From Podarcis liolepis (taxonomy: Eukaryota): 64,000 nucleotides of DNA. Positions within the stretch are counted from its first letter, which is position 1. Every line of letters begins with the position of its first letter. The stretch is taken from NCBI GenBank assembly GCA_965112155.1, contig OZ218100.1. One strand, written 5' to 3'. The notes below the pieces were generated by a model. The model ran no database searches and was not told where the DNA came from. It saw nothing but the letters and a program-made list of their open reading frames with translations. Shown here in pieces: positions 37,401-50,310 of this stretch. Position numbers and translations under genes: made by a program.

Positions 37401-38636
37401 CTGCATGAGCAAACACACAGGTAGTGCAGACAGGATGAGGTACCCTTGTCTAGACCTCCATCTTCTAACACAGCTTGCCTTGGGCAGAGAGGGGGGCCTG
37501 GCTATGGATATGAGAGCTGTGTGCAGGCATGCCAGTCTACATGGCATCCTGTCAGGGTAGGCAGAGTGAAGGAGGAAGGCAGAATTCTGCTCAGCTGTGT
37601 TGGGTAGCGCAACTGTGAAGTGGCTCCTGCCCTTGATAAAAACACATGATGCATGCTGATTAGCCTCAAAAGGCTGCTCTGAATTTGGAGTGGGAGCGGA
37701 GGGGGACAGCCCATGTCAATTGAATCGCTGCTACCTAATCCCAAGCAGCTAATGCTCTTCAAGTGGCATGAAATCCAACCAAAGTACTTTTTCCAACAAG
37801 TCAAACTAATTGGCTGCCGGCAGAAACTTTTAATTAGCTACAGCTTCAACAAGAAGGTTTAACAAGCAGTATCTGATCTTTCACCCGCTGCAGTCAGCTC
37901 TCCACTACAATAGGGAATACATGCTGCCAAGATTCACAAAGTGGACTAATGATTTTCACCGAAAACTAAACATGCTCCCCATCGGTACATTTCTATTAGA
38001 AACCTGGCCATTTTGCTTATCGATGCATTGATGCTCCTCACCTCCTGCACAGCACCAGGGCCCATTTCTGGTACATAAAGCAGCCAAGGCTCACTTGAGT
38101 TTCCTTTCTTATCCATACCAGACTCTGCAGAGTGAAAATGCAAAAAGGCTTCTACTAATACCAGGTTTATCTGGACTCCTCATACTTACTTTCCCTTTAA
38201 GCAATTGATCAAAAACCATTCCAATTATACTTAGTTCATTGACACTAATCTAACTCTTTATAAAGTACGTCTTTTGCGCATTATGAAAACTGCATTGTTC
38301 TGTTCAATTGTTGTATTAAAAGGGTGAAACCTAAAAACTGAATGTATTTTTAAAAACCAACATGGATGCTGCTAGCTTCAGGGAAGCTATTGCATCAGAC
38401 CTGTTGTTCTTTTCCCCCAATATCAACTGTGTACGGAGTGGCTTTTTACAGTGCAAGTTGGCACCCAGAGACACTCTATTATTGTTATGACATTAGCAAA
38501 ATGCTCTGCCTGCTGTTACAAAGATATACATGCAAGGGAAAGCCTAGCTCAACAGCTTATGAAATCAGTCCCCTGAAAGCCTTGAGCTGCCTAGAGCTTC
38601 TTCCTTCTCTGCGATGGCAGACATATCTTAGGTTAC

Positions 38637-40096
38637 TATGACGGACAGCAGAGCCAGACCAGAGTCTGGTGATGCAGTTCCACTGAAACTCCACCAGAGT
38701 GCGGGAACCCCTTGCCTATTGGCTATGGAGTCAGTTAGCACTTTGCGGGGGAGAATAAAAGGAGTAGTTTCCGAGGGAGAGAGTTAGGGGACTCAGCTAG
38801 ACTAGTAAAGAAAAAGTGATTTAGATGTGTATGTGCAATATAACATTGTGCTACCAGATGGCAATGTACAGTCCCATTTTTCTCTGTTTCCCCCGTTTAA
38901 ATTTACACTTTAAGGTGAAATACTTCAGTTTGACTGGAGTTGGGAGTTAGGGAGTGAGAAAAGGAGACCTGGTTCTGAGTGAAGTGAAACATACACACTA
39001 TCAATATCAAGAGGACAGAGCCTTGTAGCTTGGATAGGGAGACTGGGTTGAGGGTCTGGGAAAGGTATACAGACAGGAGCGTCCTGGGAGGGCTGAGTCT
39101 GAGCCGAGAGAAGTAGATCCTGTGGGAATTCAGGCTACCTGGGTCTCCATATAGCCAGGAGGGGAGAGTTATTCTAGGTACTGAAGATGCCCAAACCAGT
39201 GACAAGGGGTGAGGTGATCCCCTGGGTCTGTTACACCATTTAGAAGACCTCAGGTGTGGGGTGGTTAAGAGAGTGGGGAACTGAAGAAAAGTGCCCCTTG
39301 CTCATGAACCAAAGTACAGTGGTGCCTCGCAAGACGAAATTAATCCGTTCCGTGAGTCTCTTCGTCTAGCAGTTTTTTTGTCTTGCGAAGCAACCCTATT
39401 AGCGGTTTAGCGGATTAGCGCTATTAGCGGTTTAGCGGCTATTAAAGGCTTAGCGGCTTAGCGGCTTAGAAAAAGGGGGGGGAGCGGAAAAAAATCGGAA
39501 CACTCGCAAGACGTTGTCGTCTTGCGAAGCAAGCCCATAGGGAAATTCGTCTTGCGAAGCAGCTCAAAAACGGAAAACCCTTTCGTCTAGCGGGTTTTCC
39601 GTCTTGTGAGGCATTCGTCTTGCGGGGCACCACTGTATTAAGCTGTGAAGGAAGCTGTATGGTGTTGAAAGTATTTAACTGTAATAATCCAAGTGACAGA
39701 AACCGAGCTGAGCATTTTACCATCTGTTTCGGAAACCTGAATATTTTATCACCTGAAGTGTAACACCTGATTTTTAGTAACTGAAGTTTAAGAGGAGCTG
39801 TGCCTACAGTGTTTTGTTTAAGCCTGAGACATCTTTAAGTTAAAGCAAACAAGTTAACTTCTACCTGAAGGAACACATTTTCTGACTTTTGTTCAATAAG
39901 CTTTTCTTGTGTTTGTTTGTTCAACTCCTGCCTGAGACTCTAAATCATTAAGTTTTCCCTCATACAAGTCCCCTACTAGACAATCTGTGGTAAATTGTAG
40001 AAGTTTGTGTAACTGGTGTACCCTGAGGTGTGTGGCTATATATCATAGGGGGCAGTTAGCAGATCTGCCACCTTATTAAGTGGTGGGTCTGTTACA
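38637..40096 (+). mobile_element. Probable solo LTR (~1.1 kb after removing the nested MITE)
   Basis: Ends TATGACGGAC...GTCTGTTACA (7/10 inverted match, TG..CA-like); 5-bp near-TSD GTTAC/GTTGC; interrupts the tip of another repeat. Confidence 0.55.
39317..39635. mobile_element. Tigger-like MITE with a (TTAGCGG)-repeat core, nested in the putative LTR
   Basis: TIRs CAGTGGTGCCTCGCAAGACGAA / TTCGTCTTGCGGGGCACCACTG; TA TSD. Confidence 0.88.
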
Positions 40097-40334
40097 GTTG
40101 CATTCACACCCTGTATTTAAAGCTCTATACCGCTTTTCAACAGTCATGACTTCTCCCAAAGAATTCTGGGAGCTGTAGAGTTCCCTGAGAAGTGTTTTGG
40201 TTGTTCAACCGCTCTTGAAATTGTAGCTCTATGAATTCAGGGGTTTTTTAACAAACTACAGCTCCCAGAATTCTTTGGCGGAAGTCCTGACTGGTATCAG
40301 AGTGTTTGAAATGTATGGTTTGAGTGTCGCCATA
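40097..40334. mobile_element. Palindromic MITE, possibly PIF/Harbinger-type; its left tip is at 38629-38636
   Basis: Inner inverted repeat 40148-40178 / 40256-40286 (29/31); outer ends gttgcattcacacc / ggtttgagtgtcgcc. Confidence 0.6.
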
Positions 40335-43300
40335 GTTCCACAGTGCACATTGCAGACTGACAGTCCATCCCCTGTTAATCTCTCTTTGTGGTCTAAAGTT
40401 GCAAATGCACAATCCCCGTGTGCCCACTGTGAGGTGGTACAAACCACTGAAAAATCTAGTGCATGTACACAGCAACACATCTGGATAACCTACAAGCTCC
40501 TAAGGTACCTTCCTTATTTCTGTAGACTAAATGTGGGTTAAATAAAAGAAATTGAATTAAGCACAAAACTCTTTTAAGACAGTTAAGGAGTGTGACATGA
40601 AGCACTGGGTAAGACACAAACTAGTGCAAGTGGGTGTCTGCTTGTGCAATGGTGATTCTCCTTCCTCTTCTCCTCTCTCTCTGCCCCCAAATCTGCCGTA
40701 GGTGGTTGGAATACACCCATAGCACTTTTTGAGGGCATGTGGAAGGTTCTGGGAGACAGAGAGAAGAGAAACTGGAATTGTTGCAGGATCAAATGTCCAT
40801 TGTGCAATCAGGCAGACATAACTGGATGTCGCCCACTGCTATGCTGTTAACATTTTGACACCACTAATGTCTCTGGTGCATGGGTTTTGCACTGTGTTTC
40901 AGAAACACTGAGTAAGTGATATTTGTATTAATGCTTACACCCCAGTAACAAGGCTACTATCATCTTATCATCAACCCCATAAGGAAGAGGGAAAAGACCC
41001 TTGTTATCTTTTCCCACTCAAACCCCTTTCTGTTGAGTAACACAACTGTACCCTGCTTTTCTGTACACTGCTTAGGAATTCTTTAACCAATTTATATACA
41101 TATAAAATTCTAAATAAAATACAATATGTAGTTTGTAGAAGGCAGGTACTAAATTCCATTACACCTTTTTTGGTTCTATAATTGAGAACAAGGCAATAAT
41201 GTTCTTGTTTAAAATGGTACCACCAAATTGTTAGGTTTCCCAATGATTGTGCAATATTAAATTACTACTGCTCTCCAAGGCTACTTTTAAAAAAATACTT
41301 ACATTGTCAGATAAAGCAGACTAATGGCTAACTGAGCAGCACAAACAGATGCTGCAGGTAACAGGAATAAATAAACCGTACAAAATAAATGATGCTTCTC
41401 TCTGTTACTGACAGGTTAAAAAGGCGAAGTCTGCCACAGTTAGGTGGACCTTGCAAAAATGAGATGCAAGTGTCAGCAATGCTGAAGCAAGATTACAATT
41501 TCCCTAACCTATTCAAGCCATGCCAATTTGTATTTTGATGCATACCTCTTACATTTTCTACTTAAGGGATATCCAGCAACCACATGTTAAGATCTTGTAT
41601 CTTTAATACATTTGCCTCCTGCTTCCAGGCATTATTGAAGGAGAGCCACTTTATCAATAAATGCCAGGGTTTCCATACAAACTTTAAGAATATTTCAACC
41701 ATTTCACATTTCTGGGTGTTTGCTTTTTCACCTTTGAGTTCAGTTGTGGAGCAATGCTGCCACCTATGGAGGCTGCAAAGAAAAGCCCACAAATAAAAAT
41801 GGAGAAAGTTCAAGACAATTGTTCGGACCAGAAACAAATGAGAAGATGGAGTATACAAAAAACAAATCAGAAACTGAGCATTTTGGTAGCTGGATTTAAA
41901 AAGAATCAAACAGACGTGTCATCATTTAGACCTGAGCATAGACTTCTGCTATTCACTGTGACTATTTTCCCAAATGTACCAAGGAAGGGGAAGGAACATG
42001 TCAATGTGAGACTCAAATACTAACGGCATAGCAAAAACATGGAAACCAAGTGCTGTAAATTAATAGCTTGCATATAGTGTGTGTGAAATCTTTTTTGCCT
42101 GAGGGACAGTTCTCCTCCCCTTCCCCCATCTCATAGGGCCACCCACCTTTCAATCATCTGGGGCAATGATTGAACTTTTTGCTCAGCAACTGAGCAATCC
42201 AATTCTGCTCTCTGCAGGGGTCTGTTTTGCCAGCAGGATTGAACCCCAGTGACCTCAGCTGACTGACAGGTGGATGTGGCTCGGAGTAAATGCCCTCGTG
42301 GGCCAAATTAGATCTACTGGTGAGCAAAGACCAGTCTACAAACCAGAAGTTCCTTACTCCTGTTGAATTCACTAGGCAAAACACTCCCACACAGCCCCAA
42401 AATGAATAAAATACAGCCAAAAAACACACACAAAAAACACTCCTCATGCAAACAAAAAAGAAGCAATTTCAATTTAAATTGTAACATTGGGAGGGGCAAG
42501 CAGCTCTGACTGGCTTCTGCTTTCAAAGACCTGGTGATGTGCCCTATGCAAGAACACACATACACAGAAAAGGAAAACACAGACTCGCCATTTTTCATCT
42601 GAAACATTTTATGTACAAATCTACACAAGTGTGGTAACTCCCCACCCTTCCCCATTAACTAGTCAGTGTATCTGTTGTGTATACTCCACGTATACACCTC
42701 ATAAATCAAATTAGATTATGAAAATTCATTTACATATATAAAAGAGCTGTTCAAATAGTAATAAAAATGGCACTAACCCTGCAACAAAAGTTATTTTTTT
42801 TTTAAATCAAATCTACAGGCCATTTGTAGTTTAATGACCACTACAGCTGTTCCCAGCAGCAGTAATTGTTTCTGATTCAAATACCTAAAATTTCCCTTGC
42901 AAGTGAGTCTGATTTGCAGCAACTACAGACTGTAAAGTATTACAAAGGTTGCATTATGCATCTCATATTACCTGTTAAACTAGGTTCCAGATTCATAAAC
43001 TATTCCGCCTTTAAAATTTCTTCTTTGCCAGAGATGGCTAGAGTTCCAGGAGTTTCCACCTTAAGGATGCAGGATTCACAGCCCTCCAGATGCTGTCAGA
43101 CTACAACTCCCATCAGCCCCTGCCAGCGTGACAAATGGCCAGGGATGATGGGAGTCCAAAAACACCAGGAGGGCCAGAGATTCCCTGTGCTAGCTAGTTC
43201 CTGGCTTGGACAAGCTTTCTTCTCCCTACTTTACTGACCTGAAACAGTCAAATCCCACCAAAGTACCAGGTCATGAAGGGTGAGGCTTCGAAAACCAATA

Positions 43301-44995
43301 CAGTCATTTTATGGCAGGAGATTAGGTCGCAATTCCCTGGGAATGTTGCAAGTGCAGATACCACTGAGGCTTGTGCCTCTGAACATCTGACTCTTCTGAT
43401 AGCCTATTAATTCTGGAGCAAGAGAAGCTAGAATAATTTCAGTGGCACAGGAGCACATGGTTTGTCGGTGGTGCAAGAGCTCATAGCTACCGCCAAAAAT
43501 GAATGTCAGTAATACTCCCTTGTTGAAAATAGGAAGGCATCTTAAGACTTGCATCCTAGCAGTAATACATTTCATCCTCTTTTTGTCATTACTTATACAA
43601 GCTTAATTTCTGTTGATTTTGTTTCTGAAGAACAAAATGCAAAGGTCAATATGTCCTTGCAGACATCTGCTGTGAGCCCCACCTACGTAAGGTGAATGCT
43701 CATCTGCATACAATTTGCCTCACCCCTTCCACTGTAGGGAGAAAAACACATCTTTATGTTCAACCACAAGTGAATCGCTTTTGATGACAACTTTGTTGTT
43801 AAGAGAATGCTTCAGCAAAGCCCAGGGCCATACCTTTCATTGTGAGACTTTCAGCCATGTTAATCTGCACAGAATGCACAACAGTATGCTCAACGACTAC
43901 ACTGTAAGCTTCAACGTGAGTATGCTGAAATTAAAAGGTCATGAATATTATCTTTGGACTTCACTGACTTTAGACAATACTGAATTGAAAACATTATCTG
44001 GGCATATGTCTAAGACATTGGGGGGATATTTGACCCTTGAATGATCATTGATATGACTAGTCACATTAATACCATACATGGAGACGCTATACATATTATT
44101 CTTTTCCCAACCTGCGTAGATTGCCCAGTGTGAGTATTGCACTCATCACACAGAAGCATCTATATTCAAATTTTCACACTATTGTCAACATGGAATTATG
44201 GAGGAAATGCCTAATATGTTATGGAACTTAAGTTCCATATATATTTCCTTTCCCTAGAGTGCTTATATTTGTAGCAGCTCATTAAGAACTGAGAAGACTG
44301 TGGAATCCAGGGTGGTAATACAGAGATTTTCTTTGGTATACTGGTTCATAGCAATACATTTTTCATCACAATGATCACAGGAATTGTTTCCGGGTAAAGA
44401 TAGTTTTGTCAGTATTATGTCACATTAGCTTTCCCATATGAATGTGTTTCTGGGGACAGAAAGGGTAGGTGCATGGTTTTGTGTGACTTAAACAAATGCA
44501 TGTAGTAAGTTTGTGTGGCATACTTTGTGCCACTATTGTCCTGATTACATAAGGAATACAAGCACCATTTATAATTTGGATGGCCTAATGAAGGAACATC
44601 TAATTTTTACAGATGTCTTCATTATAAAAAATTGACCCTTCATTGGAAAAATGAAGCCATAACAAGCAATCTGAAAGTAATGGGAATTAGATGGGACCAT
44701 ACCAAAGGCACAATGGTTCCCATAAGAAAAAAGTTCTGTACATACTGTTCCTGTGCAACAAAATCAGTTAAGATCACACAGCTACCTGCCCTACCAGTTT
44801 TGCTACAGTAGTTTGCATTGACTTGGGAGAAAGGGAGAAGGCTTTCTGTAAGCCAACTGCAGCACTGACAATGCCCCTTAACAGTGCAATATTTGTGATG
44901 TATCCAATGAATACATCACGCTTTTATTTTGGTGCACGTGAACATTAGTTTTACAAAAATCAGTCACAGTTATCTCTTTGTAAATTAAAAAAAAG

Positions 44996-45087
44996 TCAGC
45001 AGTTTTTAGATTTTATAACCCACTCAGCATTTGGGTTTAGCTGATGCAAATCCTTCATGTAGGTATCATCATCCAGGCAGCGTTCAC
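44996..45087 (-). CDS. ARHGAP18: ARHGAP18 terminal coding exon: (G)ERCLDDDTYMKDLHQLNPNAEWVIKSKNC*
   Basis: aacag| acceptor; TGA stop at 44998-44996; first downstream AATAAA (minus strand) at 44923-44928. Confidence 0.94.
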
Positions 45088-46072
45088 CTGTTAGGAAAAC
45101 ACATATATTATGTAAAACTACAGATTATTTTATTATTATAAAATACAGATTATTAAGACTGTATGCAAATAGGAATAAGTCCTATTGAGCTTAGTGGAAG
45201 TTGTTTCTGTGTCAACATGCATCGGATTATGGAAACAGAGGAAATGAGGACCAACCAAGGGATAAAACAAAACCACAACTTTATTAACTCTGATTGAGTT
45301 AATAACTGAAGCAAACCATAACACCTAATCACACAGTGATCTCAGCAGATCAGATGCTGAATTCTAAGTGAGTTCCACACTGGTTCAGAGACAGAAGCAG
45401 TAAAAACCACTGAGCGGTCAACTGCCACGCTTTGCGGTACACTTAGGGAATCCATGCTAAATTCACCCTCCAAGCCAGTTACTTTTAGATGGGCAAGTCC
45501 AGCATGCCCCCAGCTTCCTCACCCCAATTGTCTTGAAAGGATGGTCACTTTATGCTTCACCTTAAGGAGCACACCAATCTTTACTGCTCTCTCTTTTACT
45601 TGTACTATTCCAGCAGTTGTGAACATATAATGATAATCTAATTAATTAGGCCCTGTGCAATACATCTCCCCTGCTGAGAATCCTACTCAGCTCTGAAGCT
45701 GGCCAGTTAATACCCTACCATGGCTAAAGGGAGAGTGGGTGGGTGCTGAGCTCCCTACAAACCTATTGCCTGTTTTTTTGAGGCAGTGCTGATTAATACA
45801 GCCCTCAATCCCCATTGGCTGCCACTGCATGAGGACACACATTGCCAATAAATCCTCACCTCGCTCCTCCCCCTCCTGTACATTCAAACCTGCACATCAG
45901 GGGAAAGCTTCTAGCCTAATTCTTGACATACATCACTTCCAAAACAATAGGTATTGGGGGCACTTCCATACAAGAAATTACTCATACACCTGTATGAGGT
46001 CATTCCAGCTGCAACATGTGCTTTAAGCAAAGTTTGAAACCAGCACCAAGTCTACAGTGTAAAGAGCCTTAC

Positions 46073-46134
46073 CAATGTTCCCTCCAACTTCATATAAAAA
46101 CACTTCTTCTTTCTTCAGAGACTGGACGGTCCCA
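46073..46134 (-). CDS. ARHGAP18: ARHGAP18 exon: (S)GTVQSLKKEEVFLYEVGGNI
   Basis: ttgtag| acceptor, |gtaagg donor; 62 nt; phases fit both neighbouring exons. Confidence 0.92.
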
Positions 46135-46516
46135 CTACAAAGGAATGCAACAAAATTATTCAGCAGAGTACCAAATAACTTGCAACCAAAAGCTACTAGA
46201 TGTGCTTAGGAAAATGCTCTACGGCTCAGGAGATTTGCCAGTGCGCTAAAATTATCTTGCTATCTTTCTCCATCTGTTAACTTACTGAATAAACATCTCA
46301 TATTGGGATGATTAGAAAAAGGAGCTACATACTACAATGAATTGCATGGAAACAAAATTACTTGTAGAAACTCATATACTCAAAGGTCCACAAAGGTGAT
46401 TTGCGGAATCCTATAGTCCCCAAGATGCCCTCACAGAGACCCACAGCACCGTGCCCTAAATATACACTGGTCCCTTGAGCTTAATTATGTCAGGGTGCAT
46501 TTGTTTTTTTCTTGCT

Positions 46517-46689
46517 NNNNNNNNNNNNNNNNNNNNNNNNNNNNNNNNNNNNNNNNNNNNNNNNNNNNNNNNNNNNNNNNNNNNNNNNNNNNNNNNNNNN
46601 NNNNNNNNNNNNNNNNNNNNNNNNNNNNNNNNNNNNNNNNNNNNNNNNNNNNNNNNNNNNNNNNNNNNNNNNNNNNNNNNNNNNNNNNN
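46517..46689. other. Assembly gap (173 N) inside an ARHGAP18 intron
   Basis: Run of N; the flanking exons are phase-compatible, so no coding exon needs to lie in it. Confidence 0.99.
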
Positions 46690-46711
46690 TGAGAGACAGA
46701 AATGCTTGTAC

Positions 46712-46836
46712 CTTTTTTGGCTGAGGAACCTGGCCACTACATCACAAGCTTTTAGTTCTTCCGTCAGCTGGATTGCCATGGAAACTTTGGAAAGATGAGG
46801 CGCTTGCACCCGTATTACTCCCTGAGGAACATCAGC
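46712..46836 (-). CDS. ARHGAP18: ARHGAP18 exon: ADVPQGVIRVQAPHLSKVSMAIQLTEELKACDVVARFLSQK
   Basis: ttgcag| acceptor, |gtacaa donor; 125 nt. Confidence 0.94.
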
Positions 46837-48302
46837 CTGCAAAGCAATAATGGAATTGGAATGGAGCAGCTTGCAGCTGGCTTTGAGGAGTTTCTCCAAC
46901 CAGAGTGCAGAATAAATAGTTGGGACAGCTCACGTACTGAATACTCAAGTTAGGGATATTGTATGGAGAGCATGATGGCAGGGTGGGTGGGAATTACCAG
47001 TTATACAATTTTGCAAAATGCTTACAGATGCCTATATTTTACATTGTTACCACCACATTTGCACAGTCAGGGCACATTATGAAGCATGCTTTTGTGATAT
47101 TACATTTGCACATTAATCGGATCCTGTTGTGCACTGGAAACTAACAAAATATTATTCTTAATTGTACCTTAGGTTATTATAAGAACATTTCTGAACCAAT
47201 TAGATATTTTTTAACCAAATGTGAATTCTCTTTTTAGTTATACTACAGGCCTAAAGAAAAGCTTTTATGCAACTCTTAATTGCAAAATGTGAAGAAATGA
47301 GTTTAATTTCAAATTCTGAATGAACTATCTCATATCAAATTATAAAATGAAATTGCTTTTAAAATCTTAGGGTTCTTTCCTTCTTTAAAATCCAACACAT
47401 CCTACATAAAATTTTATTAAAACCTATCTTATTAGTTGTAATCCTTGGATAACCTCTGGAAGGTTTTTGCTACTATAGCCTGGCTTCTCATATACTAGAT
47501 TTAATAATGGGAAAGAAAGCATTAGGAGTGCCAGCAGAGCAGGTGGTATCCACTTCTCATCTTGCAAAAAAAGAAAAGAAAATACAAACTCTTTTTTTAT
47601 TACAGAACAGAGGCACAGATAATAAGGGATAGGTGAGTTGGGAAGCTATATGTAGAGGGTTACAAAGTCTTCCTATTAATGTGTAGGGCAAGAAACCAAT
47701 AGCTTCCAACTCCTTCCAGAAACTGTAATAATAATCATAATCTATGCTGCCTTCCTTTAGTGCCTGCAGGCCTGATATGGGTCCCAATATGGCCTACAAG
47801 GCCATTTCCCCCAAACTACGGCCACTTGCCCAACGACTGATGTTATATGTTGGTGCCAATTGTTGGTGGTTGCAAAGTGTTGTGCTTATCCAACAGCGAG
47901 ATCCACAGAGTTCCCTTCATTGGAACTTCCCCAGTGTAGCTGAGGGGGACTTGCTGTCAGTGCCTATCAGCTGACTGGTGCTGCCAGCTAGGATCAGCTA
48001 CACTGGGATCAGCTACACTGCAGAGCTACTGATCAGGAAGCTGAGGACGTACAGTCCTTTGCAAGCCCCCCCCCCCCATCAGATGATTCCCTTTCAAAGC
48101 ACTGCCTTTACCCACAACAGTTTGATTTCAAGCCACATGGACAAGGAAAACAGGTCCACTGACACCACTATGATTGGTCCCATGGGACTGACAGGTTGGT
48201 TGATACAGGGTGGAAGAGATAAGGATCCACCCCTACTTTACTGCAGCACTCTATATTCCTAATGGCCAAGCTGACTTTTGCCATTTCTAGATAGGTCTAG
48301 AC

Positions 48303-48438
48303 TAGCGTTGGCCAAAGTTGGGTCTCCAGCTGTTTTGGGACTACAATTCCCATCATCCCTGACTACTGGTCCTGTTAGCTAGGGATGATGGGTGTTGTAG
48401 TCCAAAAACAGCTGGAGACCCAAGTTTGGCCAACACTG
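48303..48438. mobile_element. Near-perfect palindromic hAT-type MITE
   Basis: gttggccaaagttgggtctccagctgttttgggactacaa...ttgtagtccaaaaacagctggagacccaagtttggccaac hairpin. Confidence 0.8.
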
Positions 48439-49447
48439 GCCTTGAGAAATAATTTGTTCAGTATCAAGATGGCCTGAAATGACTGAAGCCAGCTATATCC
48501 AGTAGATGTTTACACAACACACTGAAGGCATGCTGTGTAATGAGCTCCACTTGCCTTCCTGTTACACCGTCAGGTGACAGCCTGAGTCACCTTGACTTGT
48601 ACTGCGGTGATCAGGGACAAAGAGTGCAGGGCTCACACTCATTAAAAGACAATGGAAAAAGGGAATCGGAGAAGGTGCTAGATCTTCTTACTCTCCTGAG
48701 GTTCCCTCTTGTCTATACAGCTGCATACAAAGCGCATGGCATGCTGCACTATCCAAGCCCATAAACAATAACAACTTTGTATTTTCCAAGAGAGTTCAGT
48801 TTTAAATTTTAGTTTTGAAATTGCTGCAATTAAGAGAGCTGACCAAATTTTGAGGATTCTGCATGCTGTGCCCTAGATACATATGAAGCAGTGAGCTATA
48901 GGGCCTAATTTTAACATCAAGAGGCCACAGTGGGGATAAGGGTAGGGGATTGTTGGATGCTTTGTCCCCCAAACTCCCTCCCCCAGCCAGGTCAGAAACT
49001 GGAATGATGGAGCACAAGGAATTAAACTGGGAAAAGGTTTACCTCCTGCTCTTAGTTTATATTTAAAAGTTAAATACAAAACACCCCAAAAATTTGTAAC
49101 AAAAATGCCTACCATCACCACATCCAGTTTGGCCCCCAATATGCCAATAGATTATAATGAATAATCATTATTATAACGTGATGAGCCAGTGCAATTTTGC
49201 ATTCTTCCACAAGATGTCTCTAATTCACTAAATTGTGAATATGACTTTAGTTAATGATGGGCTACACACATCCAAAGAGAATCTGCATTCAGAATACAGA
49301 TCATGTATGTATTCCGATATTTGATCTTAACACAGGCTGGATATAATTAATTAGAGACAAAGTTATGTTTAACCAATCGAGAACAACAGACCAGCAAGTG
49401 TTTACCCCAAAACGCTAGTGACTGTGAATTGATTTGTACCTTTTTTA

Positions 49448-49450
<3 letters not shown>

Positions 49451-49497
<47 letters not shown>
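49451..49497. repeat. (TA)n microsatellite
   Basis: Read directly; it explains the IYIYIY ORFs. Confidence 0.98.
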
Positions 49498-49499
<2 letters not shown>

Positions 49500-50007
49500 T
49501 CCATACTTTAAAAAGGGAATAGATTTGGTTTCTTCTGCTGCTGTTCTTACAGATACTTCCATGACTGTTTTCAGAGACTGTGTTCTAAAATCACTTTATT
49601 GTTTATTGGCATTTATTATGTGGTGCACTAATCTGGATGCCAAACTGAAGAAAGAAATAAACTTCAATCATTTCAGTTTACACCCTTGCTCAGGGCCATG
49701 AATCTTTACCTTTCACTCTGAAAGTGAAGCAAGAAACCTAGGTACGACTGAACCATGACAGTTTCGCAACAGTAAGCAAGCGCTTTGGAACGTTCAAGTG
49801 TTGCAAAATATAGGCCTTCCGAACTGGAACATCTAGCCATTTTGATTATCTTAGTAACTAAATACTTGTTATAAACCTTTCTTTGCTAATAGGCAAGGCA
49901 ATGTTTAAATAAGATCATGTTTTTCAGATATTTACATTTATTCATCAAGAAAAGGCAAATTGTAAATATGGCAGCGCTGTTATTTTATCACTACTACTAG
50001 CTCTGGT

Positions 50008-50278
50008 AGTTCCAATTGGAGAACAGCCTTTACTAAAGGTGTCATGGGTTTTGAAGACACTCCAACTCAGGACGCAAGGGAGAAACATGCTAAGAGGAAG
50101 GCACCCTTGGCAAATCTACACCGTGATAAACTCTGGACCGGCAACCTATGTCCCCACTGTGGAAGGACGTGTGGATCCAAAATGGGCCTCCACAGTCACT
50201 TACGGACTCATTGTTAAAACTGTGTTTATGGAAGACAATCTTACTCGGCTACAAGCGATCGCCAAAGAAGACGATGAC
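50008..50278 (+). mobile_element. RTE-clade LINE 3' end
   Basis: Open frame ...WRTAFTKGVMGFED...CPHCGRTCGSKMGLHSHLRTHC* (stop 50215-50217), the C2H2 finger at the end of RTE-type ORFs; short UTR and GAA-type tail. Confidence 0.78.
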
Positions 50279-50310
50279 CTACTCTAATTTACTGAAAGTT
50301 ACTTGCTTAC

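Noticed and set aside
39395-39470. (TTAGCGG)-type array as a CRISPR or telomere-like repeat
   Set aside because: Short degenerate units with no unique spacers, not TTAGGG, and wholly inside a TIR-bounded MITE.
44996-45015. ARHGAP18 C-terminal KSKNC as a prenylation signal
   Set aside because: The Cys is the last residue, so this is not a CaaX, CC or CXC motif.
46456-46899. ORFs running through X residues
   Set aside because: Artefacts of the N gap; only 46712-46836 is a real exon.
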